In this document: positions 47,674 to 57,488 of the stretch, in pieces
How positions within the stretch are numbered: position 1 is the first letter of the stretch
Layout of the letters: every line of letters starts with the position of its first letter
Origin: Deinococcales bacterium
Lineage (GTDB): Bacteria; Deinococcota; Deinococci; Deinococcales; JAAFIG01
Length of the DNA: 64,000 nucleotides
Reading direction: 5' to 3'
NCBI GenBank assembly: GCA_043775825.1
Contig: JAYVRX010000108.1
Coordinates: forward strand, 1,764-65,763
Notes under the pieces: generated by a model
Databases searched by the model: none
Seen by the model: only the letters and a program-made list of their open reading frames with translations
Told to the model about the DNA's origin: nothing
Made by a program: the position numbers and the translations under genes

Positions 47674-48720
47674 TTAAGGAATCCTGCGTTGCCAGTGAAG
47701 GCTCAGTCCAGCGCCAGTCAGCATCAGCACCACCGCCAAGCCCGACAGAATCCCGCCAAGCTCGAGTTTGGTGGCTTCCCAAACGGTGACCGTGCCAAGT
47801 TCTTTATAGATTTTCTCGAGCGCCGCTTTTTCGGGTGGGAAAACAAATTTGCCTTCGGTCTCGAGCGCCATGCTTTCCAAAGTTTTTGGGGTGAACGGCA
47901 CGAAGTAATCTTTGCCGTCAATTTTCATGATCGCGCCGCCCTCTTTGCCGACAGCCACGGTATACAATTTGACTTTGTATTGTTTGGCAAATTTGGCTGC
48001 CAATTGCGGATCGGCTGAGACGTTACTTGTGCCGTCAGACAGCAATAAAATTGCGCCAGGAGGCAAAGTTGCAGGATCAACGGGTTTGATTGGCTGTCCG
48101 GTGCTTGGGTCTATTGTTTGAGGCTTGGGTTGATTGGCATTGGATTTCAGTCCCAGCAGTTCGCTTGGAATGTCCACATTTTTACGTCCCGGTAAACTCC
48201 TGACGCTGCCGACCACCGCATCGGCTAAGCTTGTGTTGGCGGCAACTTTAACGCCGTTCAGTTTCTCGAGCAGGGTAGTGCGGTCTGTGGTGGCAGGCAC
48301 GACAATCGCGGCGCTGTCTGAAAATGTTGCCAAGCCGATCATGGTGCTACTGGGCGCGAGTTTAATAAACTCTTTCACGATTGCTTTGGCAACCTCGAGC
48401 CTGCTGGGGTTAACATCGGTTGCCAACATGCTCTTGCTGGTGTCGAGCGCAATCATCACGGCGGCTTTGTTGACGGGCAACGGCGGCGCACCAACCGGAC
48501 GTGCTGCCGAAAACAACAGCAATGCCAGGGCAATCAATTGCAAATTCAGTGGCCATTTGGAGTGTGATTGTTTTGTATTTGAGAGGACATGGGGTAGAAG
48601 ATTTGCGTCCGCATAAGCGGTGGCGGTGCTAACCCGACCTTTGGCGCTGCGGCGCACAAACCAGATTGCCAGTGGCACAAACAGCATCAACAACAACAGC
48701 AGTGGCCAAGTAAAAGTCAT
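47674..48720 (-). CDS. vWA domain protein (BatA-like)
   Basis: MTFTWP, AARP, MIDAS DTSKS, LLSDG; C-terminal TM. Confidence 0.85.
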   Translation of the reverse strand: MTFTWPLLLLLMLFVPLAIWFVRRSAKGRVSTATAYADANLLPHVLSNTKQSHSKWPLNLQLIALALLLFSAARPVGAPPLPVNKAAVMIALDTSKSMLATDVNPSRLEVAKAIVKEFIKLAPSSTMIGLATFSDSAAIVVPATTDRTTLLEKLNGVKVAANTSLADAVVGSVRSLPGRKNVDIPSELLGLKSNANQPKPQTIDPSTGQPIKPVDPATLPPGAILLLSDGTSNVSADPQLAAKFAKQYKVKLYTVAVGKEGGAIMKIDGKDYFVPFTPKTLESMALETEGKFVFPPEKAALEKIYKELGTVTVWEATKLELGGILSGLAVVLMLTGAGLSLHWQRRIP

Positions 48721-48754
48721 GATGCCTGCTCCTCGAGTTGGCTTGAGAGTTTGT

Positions 48755-49699
48755 TCACCTTCGACCTCGGCGTTTGAGCGTGAATTTCATGATCGGGGCG
48801 ATTACCTCTAAATGGGTGCTTAACTCGAGCGCATCGACTCGAGCACCCCTAAAAGCTCGAGCGACGCGTTCATTGCGGTTTAGTACCATTTGAGCATGGG
48901 CGAGGCGAACCTTGGGATTGCTGGTGTCCACCCAGACTTCGCTGCCCGATTCTGGATCGCGGAAGCGCACGCCGCCAACATTGGGCAGCTCGCGTTCGGC
49001 AGGGTCAGAAACGCGCACAGCAATCACATCGTGACGTTGCGCGAGGCGTCCGAGCGGTTCAGCCCAGTTTGAATTTGCGTCCATAAAATCTGATACAACA
49101 AACAGCAAAACCCGACGCTTTAAGGTGCGTTCAACCCGCTCAAGTGCCGCTTCTAGATGACTGATGTTGCCAGGTGCAAAGTTTTCTGAGAGGTTGGAAA
49201 GTTGATGCAAAATATTCAGGGTTTGCGCCCGTCCGGTGCGCGGTGGCACAAATTTAATTCCAGCTTCGTTGACGCCCAAACAGCCAATCTTATCGCCGTG
49301 CCGCGTGATGATGCTCGAGAGTACACCTGCAAACTCGAGTGCCAAATCTCGTTTTAAGACTCGGCGTGTTCCAAAAGTCATGCTTTTTGAAAGGTCAACC
49401 ACCATCCAGGCGGTAATTTCGCGTTCTTCACGGTATTGGCGCACGTGCAGTTTGCCAGACCGCGCCGTGACATTCCAGTCCATGCGCCGTACCTCGTCGC
49501 CAGGTTGGTACTCGCGGATTTCGGCAAGGTCTAGGCTTGGACCGTAAAAAATACCTGAGTAATCGCCAAACAAAAACCCGTCTAAGCGCTTGATGATTTT
49601 AAGCTCGAGCCTGCGCAGCAAAGCTTCAGGCAATTCTGGGGCTTTGGGTTCGGGGCGCACCTCGAGCGGTTTGGGTTTTGGACGGGTTAGGGTCAACAT
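48755..49699 (-). CDS. DUF58 domain protein
   Basis: REYQPGDEVRRMDWNVTAR, DLSKSM, VVSDF. Confidence 0.88.
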   Translation of the reverse strand: MLTLTRPKPKPLEVRPEPKAPELPEALLRRLELKIIKRLDGFLFGDYSGIFYGPSLDLAEIREYQPGDEVRRMDWNVTARSGKLHVRQYREEREITAWMVVDLSKSMTFGTRRVLKRDLALEFAGVLSSIITRHGDKIGCLGVNEAGIKFVPPRTGRAQTLNILHQLSNLSENFAPGNISHLEAALERVERTLKRRVLLFVVSDFMDANSNWAEPLGRLAQRHDVIAVRVSDPAERELPNVGGVRFRDPESGSEVWVDTSNPKVRLAHAQMVLNRNERVARAFRGARVDALELSTHLEVIAPIMKFTLKRRGRR

Positions 49700-49747
49700 G
49701 TTTTGATTTTCTCGAGTTCTCAAAGATGGTCTACGAATGTCGAAGGT

Positions 49748-50812
49748 TTAAAGATTGACTTCCATGCCAGCAGCCTGATTGTTGGTCTGGGTTTTGTACG
49801 GATCACCCATGTGAACTTTTGGCAGTGGAATGGCTTTTAAGATCATGTCAATAAAGTCTTCCATTCTTTTCTCGTCCGCCAGTGCCTCGTAAGACGGCAT
49901 AATGCGGTGACGCAAAATTTCTGGGGCGAGGTCGCGGACATCTTCGGGCAGGGCGTATTCGCGTCCACGCAAGACCGCCAAGGCTTTCGCACCCAAAATC
50001 AAATTCACGCTGCCTCGAGGTGAAGAACCGTAGGCGATGTATTTTTTTAGTTCTGGCAGTTTGGCTTCACTTGGGTCACGCGTGGCACGCGCAAGCCTTA
50101 CGGCGTACTCGGTGACGTTTGGATGGACGTAAATTCGGTCTGCCATCTCTTGCAAACCGCGCAGTTCTTCTGAGGATATAACCTTATTAATTGCCTCGAA
50201 TTTGGTGCTAACCCTGTCCACCACGGTCATTTCCTCGTGGAAACCTGGGTAGCCGATAATCACTTTAAACATAAAACGATCCACCTGCGCCTCAGGCAGA
50301 AAGTAAGTGCCTTCGGACTCGATGGGGTTTTGCGTGGCGAGCACCAAAAATGGGTCAGGCAGCTTAAAGGTTTGCTGACCAATTGTCACCTGGCGTTCCT
50401 GCATCGCCTCCAAGAGCGCACTCTGAATTTTGGCTGGCGCACGGTTGATCTCGTCTGCGAGAACCAAATTTGCCATGATCGGACCAAGCTCAACCTCGAA
50501 TTTGGATTCTTTTTGATTGTAAATTCGTGTGCCAATCAAATCGGCTGGCACGAGGTCGGGCGTGAACTGAATGCGCCTAAATGTTGCCCCAATTGCATCG
50601 GCGGTGGTTTTGATCGCCAAGGTTTTGGCAAGCCCGGGCACGCCCTCGATCAGAATATGCCCCCTGGCAAGCAGTGCTACCAGCATTCGCTCGAGCATCA
50701 AATCTTGCCCGACAATCACCCGTTTGACTTCAAACAGTAAAGTGCGAAGTTTGGCGGCGGCTTCGACCACGGTATTTGGTTCGATTGCTGGTTTGGCGCT
50801 CATATCGTCCAT
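49748..50812 (-). CDS. moxR: MoxR family AAA+ ATPase
   Basis: EGVPGLAKT, RIQFTPDL.PAD, DEINRAPAK.QSALLEAM, ATQNPIE.EGTY.LPEAQ.DRF. Confidence 0.92.
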   Translation of the reverse strand: MDDMSAKPAIEPNTVVEAAAKLRTLLFEVKRVIVGQDLMLERMLVALLARGHILIEGVPGLAKTLAIKTTADAIGATFRRIQFTPDLVPADLIGTRIYNQKESKFEVELGPIMANLVLADEINRAPAKIQSALLEAMQERQVTIGQQTFKLPDPFLVLATQNPIESEGTYFLPEAQVDRFMFKVIIGYPGFHEEMTVVDRVSTKFEAINKVISSEELRGLQEMADRIYVHPNVTEYAVRLARATRDPSEAKLPELKKYIAYGSSPRGSVNLILGAKALAVLRGREYALPEDVRDLAPEILRHRIMPSYEALADEKRMEDFIDMILKAIPLPKVHMGDPYKTQTNNQAAGMEVNL

Positions 50813-50836
50813 GTGTTTTGCTCCCAATTTAAGAAT

Positions 50837-51439
50837 TTAGCTGCGGGTGTTTGGCAGTGTTGGCGCGAAGGGATTCAAAGGATTTTCTGGATCACTCGGG
50901 GTATTTGGTGTACTGGGCGTTGGTGTACTGGGTGTTGGTGTACTGGGTGTTGGTGTACTGGGTTGAATTGGCATAGCTCGAGGTTGGGCTGGCGTGTTTT
51001 GCGGCGTGCTTGGTCGAGGTGTATTACTCGGCGCGTTTGGCTGCAAAGGAACCAACTCTTGCGGCTGACCACCACGCCCAGGCTGATTGCCATTTTGCTG
51101 CCCTGGTTGTGGTTGCTGCCCTGGTTGCGGGAAGGTGTACAACTTTCCATCCTGATAAATCTGCACAGGGCAATCCTGCGGTTGCTGACCTTGCCCGGGT
51201 GGCGGTTGCTGTCCCTGACCGGGCTGCTGACCACCAGGATTTAACGGAATCAACTCTCGAGCGTCATTGTTTGGATTTGCAGGTGCTTGTTGGGTGTTTT
51301 GCACGCGAATCAAGCCAGGAATCGCTTGATTCACGGTAATTATTTCTTTAGGCGCACTCGAGCGACCAGCCATAAAACCACCAAAGGCGAGCAAACCTCC
51401 GACCAACACCAACGCAATTTGTTTAAACACCTCGAGCAC
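50837..51439 (-). CDS. Membrane-anchored Pro/Gln-rich protein heading the MoxR operon
   Basis: N-terminal TM; repeated (R/Q)EL(I/V)PL motif; QP-rich; PSTPT repeats. Confidence 0.7.
   Translation of the reverse strand: MLEVFKQIALVLVGGLLAFGGFMAGRSSAPKEIITVNQAIPGLIRVQNTQQAPANPNNDARELIPLNPGGQQPGQGQQPPPGQGQQPQDCPVQIYQDGKLYTFPQPGQQPQPGQQNGNQPGRGGQPQELVPLQPNAPSNTPRPSTPQNTPAQPRAMPIQPSTPTPSTPTPSTPTPSTPNTPSDPENPLNPFAPTLPNTRS
50906..50963. repeat. 15-bp tandem repeat (about 3.9 copies) encoding PSTPT
   Basis: TGGTGTACTGGGYGT units start at 50906, 50921, 50936 and 50951. Confidence 0.9.
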
Positions 51440-51589
51440 CTCCGTACCAGTAGTTTACTGAATAAACTGTGCGAGAACTGAGAATAAATACCACATGGAA
51501 ACCCTAAGAATTCGCATCACAGCAAATCTTGATTGACTCGTGTACACTAAGCAACCCAAGTCTAAACTTGGAATGTAGAGGAACTGTGA

Positions 51590-53020
51590 ATGCATAAAGT
51601 AGCCATTGTAGGACGCCCCAATGTGGGCAAATCAAGTTTGTTCAACCGCATGATCGGCAAACGCTCCGCCGTGGTCGCTGACGAACCAGGTGTGACACGC
51701 GATGTCAAAGAAGAATTCATGATGTACGAGAACCACCGCATTCTGCTGATGGATACTGGCGGACTGTGGAGCGGTGATGAGTGGGAAGCCAAAATTCTCG
51801 AGAAGGCAGAAATGGCAATTCATGACGCTCAAGTCGTGCTGTTTGCCGTCGATGCCCGCACCGAACTCTCGAGCGCCGACGAAGAGATTGCGATGTGGTT
51901 GCGCCGTTTGGGTAAACCAGTTATTTTGGTCGCCACCAAGATTGACTCTAATAAACAAGAAAGTCTGCTTTTAAACCTCTACCAACTCGGTTTTGGCGAC
52001 CCAATGCCGACCAGCGCCGAACACGCCAGGGGCTTGGATGACGTGATGGACAAGGTGCTCGAGATACTGCCCAAAGATGACGAGGAAATCACCGATGTTT
52101 CACCAATTCGGGTGGCATTGATCGGGCGACCCAACACGGGCAAATCGAGCATGTTGAACGCCATCACGGGTTCGGAACGCGTGATTGTTTCACCAATTGC
52201 TGGCACAACCAGGGACGCGATTGACATTGAATTTAATTACGCGGGTCAGCGCTTTATTTTGATTGACACCGCCGGTATTCGTCACCGCCCAAAAGACAAT
52301 ATTGAATTGTTTGCCCAACTGCGCAGTGAGCAAAGCATCAGAAATTCCGATGTCAATCTGTTGGTGATAGACCCATTTGAACTTGGCGATCACGAAATGA
52401 AACTGGCGAATATGGCGTATGACGCTGGTAAACCAGTCATCATCATCATTAACAAATGGGATCTGGTGCCAGAAGAAGACCTGAAAAAAGTCGAAAAAGA
52501 CATTAGTCAACGCCTTAACCACCTCGATTTTGCGCCTCGAGTTTATACGAGTGCGATTAACGAGTACGGCATTCACGAACTTCTCGCCGAATGTACCAAA
52601 CTTTACACGCTCTGGCAAACCAGGGTTTCAACGGGCGATTTGAACAGGTGGCTCGAGGTTTGGCAGATGCGTCAACAAATGCCGAACTTTAAGGGTAAGC
52701 CGTTAAAAATGTATTACATGACCCAAGCCGAAACCGCGCCGCCAACTTTTGTGATCTTTTGTAATCGGGCAGATTTTGTCACTCGAGCTTATGAAGGCTT
52801 CTTGCGCAACCGAATCCGCGAAGACCTCGAGCTTCCAGGCATTCCTGTCCGTATTGTCTGGCGCGAACGCGGTGCGGCATTCCAGAAGAAAGAAAAAACC
52901 TCGAGCAAGGCAGAAATTGCACGCGAAGAACACGCGCTCGAGGGTGAACGTGGTTCTAAACCGCCAAGTTCGCGCAGTGAGCGGCGCAAAGCGGCAGCCG
53001 ACAAAATTGACAAAAAGTAA
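51590..53020 (+). CDS. der: Ribosome biogenesis GTPase Der (EngA)
   Basis: Two G domains (GRPNVGKSS, GRPNTGKSS), GTTRD, DTAG, PPTF KH-like domain. Confidence 0.95.
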   Translation: MHKVAIVGRPNVGKSSLFNRMIGKRSAVVADEPGVTRDVKEEFMMYENHRILLMDTGGLWSGDEWEAKILEKAEMAIHDAQVVLFAVDARTELSSADEEIAMWLRRLGKPVILVATKIDSNKQESLLLNLYQLGFGDPMPTSAEHARGLDDVMDKVLEILPKDDEEITDVSPIRVALIGRPNTGKSSMLNAITGSERVIVSPIAGTTRDAIDIEFNYAGQRFILIDTAGIRHRPKDNIELFAQLRSEQSIRNSDVNLLVIDPFELGDHEMKLANMAYDAGKPVIIIINKWDLVPEEDLKKVEKDISQRLNHLDFAPRVYTSAINEYGIHELLAECTKLYTLWQTRVSTGDLNRWLEVWQMRQQMPNFKGKPLKMYYMTQAETAPPTFVIFCNRADFVTRAYEGFLRNRIREDLELPGIPVRIVWRERGAAFQKKEKTSSKAEIAREEHALEGERGSKPPSSRSERRKAAADKIDKK

Positions 53021-53036
53021 AACTCAAGATTATTGC

Positions 53037-53071
53037 TTTGGAGTCGTGATGAGCGACTCCGAATTCATTTT
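53037..53071 (+). terminator. Probable terminator after der
   Basis: TTTGGAGTCG-TGATGAG-CGACTCCGAA followed by TTCATTTT. Confidence 0.5.
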
Positions 53072-53105
53072 GGCTTCAGCATCTTTGTCTGGCGTATACT
53101 GAGCT

Positions 53106-53681
53106 ATGCCTCGAGTTTCGCCAGTCAAAACCGTTGCCACATTTGAAGATTACGTGCGTTTTGAGACGACTTCCGACGTGCGGCATGAGTTTGTAGATGG
53201 TAACTTATTCGTCATGGCAGGCGGATTAAAACGACATAATTTTGTGGCGAACCGCATTTTGATTCGATTGTTTGATGTGGCAATTGAACACGGTTGTTAC
53301 GCGTATAGCAGTGATGTCATCACTAAAATGCCAAGCGGCAAAGGTTATTACCCCGATGTGCTGGTGACTTGCGACTCGAGCCTCGATACAAACCGTGTTG
53401 TCTACCGCCCGAATATTTTAATTGAAGTGCTTTCAAACAGCACCGAAGCCATTGACCGAGGCGAAAAATGGGAGCAATATCAAACCATTCCGAGTCTCGA
53501 GCAATATGTGCTGCTTTCGCAGCACGAACCTGTGGCAGAGGTTTTCTCGAGGATCGATGGCAAATGGTTGTACGAGCGTTTTACAGACGATGCGAAACTC
53601 AGATTTGCCAGCCTCGAGTTGGAAATTGTGCTTTCAGATTTGTACCAGAATTTACCCGAAGCCGAACTTGAAGAATCTTAA
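53106..53681 (+). CDS. Uma2 family (PD-(D/E)XK) endonuclease-like protein
   Basis: HEFVDG, YYPDVLV, IEVLSNSTEAIDRGEK...Y. Confidence 0.85.
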   Translation: MPRVSPVKTVATFEDYVRFETTSDVRHEFVDGNLFVMAGGLKRHNFVANRILIRLFDVAIEHGCYAYSSDVITKMPSGKGYYPDVLVTCDSSLDTNRVVYRPNILIEVLSNSTEAIDRGEKWEQYQTIPSLEQYVLLSQHEPVAEVFSRIDGKWLYERFTDDAKLRFASLELEIVLSDLYQNLPEAELEES

Positions 53682-54163
53682 ATCTCTACAGAGCACCCAC
53701 ACTGAAGCTCAAAAACAGTGGGCGAAATGAATACTCGAGTTCCTGAAACCGTGTGATGCCAAATTTCTAAACTGCGCGGGTCAAAAACCAAAATATCTTT
53801 CACACCGTTCTCGAGGTAAAACTTTGGCGCGAGTTCTTTGTCTTTGATCTCGTAACCCACAGAAATGATTTCGATTACCGCTTCAGGAATCAATGTGATT
53901 GCCTCATCAAGCTCTATTGGCTCGGAACAAAAAATGCTGAGATCAGGACGTTTGATCGAATCGTCTGAAAACTTCACGTATACATCCGCAACATGGTGAC
54001 AACCACAATCACCAAGACGTTTGATCGATTGTTGAATACGAAATGATTCGCGTTGATGACGAAACGCGGGACTGGCTTCCCAAATTGGGATTCCATTCAT
54101 CATTTCAATCCGAATTCCTGCTTCATCTGCCCGCTCGAGCAGATCAGAAAAAGGTAAAGCCAT
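53678..54163 (-). CDS. Uma2 family endonuclease-like protein
   Basis: IEMMNG, KRPDLS, VIEIIS, FYLENGV, FDP. Confidence 0.8.
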   Translation of the reverse strand: MALPFSDLLERADEAGIRIEMMNGIPIWEASPAFRHQRESFRIQQSIKRLGDCGCHHVADVYVKFSDDSIKRPDLSIFCSEPIELDEAITLIPEAVIEIISVGYEIKDKELAPKFYLENGVKDILVFDPRSLEIWHHTVSGTRVFISPTVFELQCGCSVEI

Positions 54164-54254
54164 ACTGGTATTTTACGCTCGAATTGCCTCGTTTTCAAAC
54201 GGACTTGAAAATTATAAAGCTCTTTTCAAACTTCCTGTGTAGAATCAAGTCTCA

Positions 54255-55820
54255 ATGGCTGACAATTCATACTTCTTTTTCCAAGAAAAAATCGCTGAAA
54301 TGCTCGAGCGTCGCAAAACCGTGCAAAACGGTGGCGGCGTGGAGCGCATCAAAAAGCATCATGACGCGGGCAAACTCACGGCTCGAGAGCGGATTACTGA
54401 GCTTTTAGATGAAGGCAGCTTTGTCGAATTGGGCGCGTTTGTCGAACATCAAGAGACGGGTTTGATGGAGGGCATCCAAGCGCCAGGCGAGGGCGTGGTC
54501 ACGGGCTTTGGAATGGTGGAAGGGCGCAAAGTCTGTGTGTTTAGCCAGGATTTTACTGTTCTTGGCGGTAGCCTCGGCAAAATGCACGCCAGTAAAATCA
54601 GCAAGGTCATGGATTTGGCGGCAAAAGTTGGCTGTCCGATCATTGGCTTAAACGACAGCGCCGGTGCTCGGATTCAGGAGGGTGTAGACAGCCTTTCGGG
54701 CTACGGCGAGGTTTTTTACCGCAATGCAATTTACTCAGGGGTTGTGCCGCAAATCAGCGCGATTTTAGGACCTTGCGCGGGAGGTGCGGTCTACAGTCCA
54801 GCCCTGACCGATTTTATTTTTATGGCTCGAGGCTCGAGTTATATGTTCATCACCGGTCCTGAAGTGATTAAGAGCGTGACCCGTGAAGATGTCAGTTTTG
54901 AAGAATTGGGCGGCGCAGATGTTCACAACAAAAAATCTGGCGTGGCGCATTTTGAGTACGACAACGACAAAGCCGTGATCGCAGGCATCCGCGACCTTCT
55001 CAGTTACCTTCCCTCAAGCGCCAAAGAAAAACCAACCATCAAACCAACTGGAGATTCTAAAACCCGAACCACACCAGAATTGCTTGAAATCATTCACCCC
55101 GATCAACGTAAGCCTTACCCGATGATTGATGTGATCCGTGCAATTGTGGACGATCAAGAATTTCTCCAGGTGCAACCAGATTGGGCAAAAAACATGATTT
55201 GTGGTTTTGCCAGATTCGGTGGGCGCAGTGTTGGGATTGTGGCGAACAACCCGCGCCACATGGCGGGCGTACTCAATATTGATGCTTCTGACAAAGCCGC
55301 ACGGTTTATTCGGACTTGTGATTGCTATAACCTGCCAATTATTACACTGGTCGATGTGACAGGCTTTCTGCCAGGAGTTGCGCAAGAACATCAGGGCATT
55401 ATCCGTCACGGCGCAAAAATGCTTTACGCTTACGCTGAAGCAACAGTGCCTAAAATTACACTAATTACCCGAAAGTCTTATGGTGGCGCGTATCTTGCCA
55501 TGAACAGCCGTGACATGGGCGCAGATGTGGTACTTGCCTTCCCAACCGCAGCCGTTGCGGTCATGGGCGCGGACGGCGCGGCAAACATTATTTACCGCCG
55601 CGAAATCCAAAACTCGAGCAATCCAGATGCGACCCGAGCCAGTAAAATTGCCGATTACAAAACCGCGTTTGACAACCCGTATGTGGCGGCGGCTCGAGGG
55701 TATATTGATGATGTGATTCAACCAGAATACACCAGGGCGCAATTGATTTTGCACCTCGAGATGCTCCAGGAAAAACAAGAATCACGCCCATTCAAGAAGC
55801 ATGGGAATATTCCATTGTAA
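54255..55820 (+). CDS. pccB: Acyl-CoA (propionyl/methylmalonyl-CoA) carboxylase beta subunit
   Basis: GKLTARERI, DSAGARIQEG, GPCAGGAVYSPA, GIIRHGAK, KKHGNIPL. Confidence 0.88.
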   Translation: MADNSYFFFQEKIAEMLERRKTVQNGGGVERIKKHHDAGKLTARERITELLDEGSFVELGAFVEHQETGLMEGIQAPGEGVVTGFGMVEGRKVCVFSQDFTVLGGSLGKMHASKISKVMDLAAKVGCPIIGLNDSAGARIQEGVDSLSGYGEVFYRNAIYSGVVPQISAILGPCAGGAVYSPALTDFIFMARGSSYMFITGPEVIKSVTREDVSFEELGGADVHNKKSGVAHFEYDNDKAVIAGIRDLLSYLPSSAKEKPTIKPTGDSKTRTTPELLEIIHPDQRKPYPMIDVIRAIVDDQEFLQVQPDWAKNMICGFARFGGRSVGIVANNPRHMAGVLNIDASDKAARFIRTCDCYNLPIITLVDVTGFLPGVAQEHQGIIRHGAKMLYAYAEATVPKITLITRKSYGGAYLAMNSRDMGADVVLAFPTAAVAVMGADGAANIIYRREIQNSSNPDATRASKIADYKTAFDNPYVAAARGYIDDVIQPEYTRAQLILHLEMLQEKQESRPFKKHGNIPL

Positions 55821-55832
55821 AAATCTCCTCAG

Positions 55833-57488
55833 CTATTCAATCACAGCTTTTAACGCTTTTGGGATAAGCAATTCGTGTTGTCGCCATGCCAAAATCAGTG
55901 CGCCAGCACCCCAAGCTCCGCCCAGCAGCCACAATGAAACTGCCAGAACTGGAACGAGCAACGTCAAGGCATATAAGCCCAAACCGAGCAGGCTTCCGAC
56001 CCAAGGCTCGAGCTTGAGTTTGAGGCGTTTTAGAATTGAATGACCAAGTAAACTGCAACTTAAACCCATGCCTGTGGTCAGGGCAAAAATTGTGAAGCTC
56101 GAGATCAGTATGGCAAACGGCGCACCAACCAGACTCAGACCGCCCAGTGTCGCCAGCGGCAGTGTCAAGATGACCAGCAGCAAACCGATGCCCGTAGCAC
56201 GTCCAGCCTCGAGTTTAAAATGATGTTCGAGTTGTTTTTCCCATCTAAACAGTTGTAACGCGGCGGCACAGGCAGCAATTGCCAAAAGGTATACCCAATG
56301 CCAACTGCTCGAGCTGAAGAGGTTCTTGAACGGTTGCAAAGCACTGGCGGCACTTAAACCAGGAAGATTGGCGCTTTGGGCTGGGATGCTTTGGACGGCA
56401 TCACTGTGAAAGCGACCAAGCACAGCACTGACGCCGCCAACCTTGCGGGTGTCGGCAGGCAAGTTCACGTCGCCCAAAAAGGTCATGACTTTGCCCGTCA
56501 CGCTTGCCCTCGGCTCGAGTCTGACATTGCCACCAATACTGACCACGTCGCCGTTCACCGTTCCACTGACAGTAATATCACCGCCAAAACGCACGATGCT
56601 GGCGTTGTGAACCCCCGCGATTACGCTCGAGCCAAAAAATGGCGCGGCTTGGGGCAAGACCAGAGCGGCACAAATGCCAAAAGCAACGGTGCTGGCGAGC
56701 GCTCCGACGTTGCGCCTCGAGCCGCTGGCGAAGGCGGCAAGAAGGGTCACCACCAAAGCAGAGACGATCAAACTGGCGGGCAGCGCTTGAACCAAATCAA
56801 TCACGGCTCGAGCGGTCACGCTGGCGTAATTCCAAGAAAGCCCGATCAAGCCCAAACCCGCTCCAGCCAGCAGTGTAAACACAAAATAGAGCGGCGTGCG
56901 GTCAGGGTTTTCACGCTCGAGCGCGTCTTTGATGGCATCTGCCTCAATTTTGGCGGCAAGGTTTGCAGCCAGCGTTGCGGGGGCGTTGATGCGCGGTATC
57001 GCAGTCAGAACAGATTCGAGCGTGACCGCAGGCGGTTTGTTCAGTTCTGCATCGAGGGCAATACCCGCCGCGAGTTGCTGAGCAAAACCAACAGGGGCGG
57101 TCACTCGAGGAATCAGCGGAATCTTGGATTCAAACGCATTTTGGGCGATAGCTTGCGCCATTTGCGCCGCAAAACGATCCGGTGCGCTCACCCTGGGAAT
57201 AGTGGCAAGCATGGCATTTTGAGCAATTTCATCAGAGATTCGAGATGCAAAATGCTCAGGCACGACAACCCTAGCGAGCAACTCGAGTTGCCTGGTTAAA
57301 GCCGCGCCGCTCGAGATTTCAGTCGCCAAACCTTTGGCAAGATCGGGTGGCGCATGAATTCGTTCAAGTCCCTCGAGCAATTGACAACTCTCGAGTTCGG
57401 CACTCAAGGTTGCGGCAAACCCTAAAGGCGCGTTCACTCGAGGCAAGCTGTGAATGGTACGCTCGACAAAATCAAAATTGTTCGTCAC
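55833..57488 (-). CDS. Membrane anti-sigma factor candidate with six N-terminal repeats, bactofilin-like beta-helix and multi-TM C-terminus
   Basis: Overlaps the ECF sigma stop; repeats [IL]xR[VI]xAPxx[FL]A; GDITVSGTVNGDVVSIGGNV beta-helix segment. Confidence 0.65.
   Translation of the reverse strand: MTNNFDFVERTIHSLPRVNAPLGFAATLSAELESCQLLEGLERIHAPPDLAKGLATEISSGAALTRQLELLARVVVPEHFASRISDEIAQNAMLATIPRVSAPDRFAAQMAQAIAQNAFESKIPLIPRVTAPVGFAQQLAAGIALDAELNKPPAVTLESVLTAIPRINAPATLAANLAAKIEADAIKDALERENPDRTPLYFVFTLLAGAGLGLIGLSWNYASVTARAVIDLVQALPASLIVSALVVTLLAAFASGSRRNVGALASTVAFGICAALVLPQAAPFFGSSVIAGVHNASIVRFGGDITVSGTVNGDVVSIGGNVRLEPRASVTGKVMTFLGDVNLPADTRKVGGVSAVLGRFHSDAVQSIPAQSANLPGLSAASALQPFKNLFSSSSWHWVYLLAIAACAAALQLFRWEKQLEHHFKLEAGRATGIGLLLVILTLPLATLGGLSLVGAPFAILISSFTIFALTTGMGLSCSLLGHSILKRLKLKLEPWVGSLLGLGLYALTLLVPVLAVSLWLLGGAWGAGALILAWRQHELLIPKALKAVIE

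Noticed and set aside
56376-57299. 307-aa plus-strand ORF, and similar antisense ORFs such as 32898..33566 and 27749..28345
   Set aside because: Shadow frames opposite well-supported genes, with no recognisable motifs.
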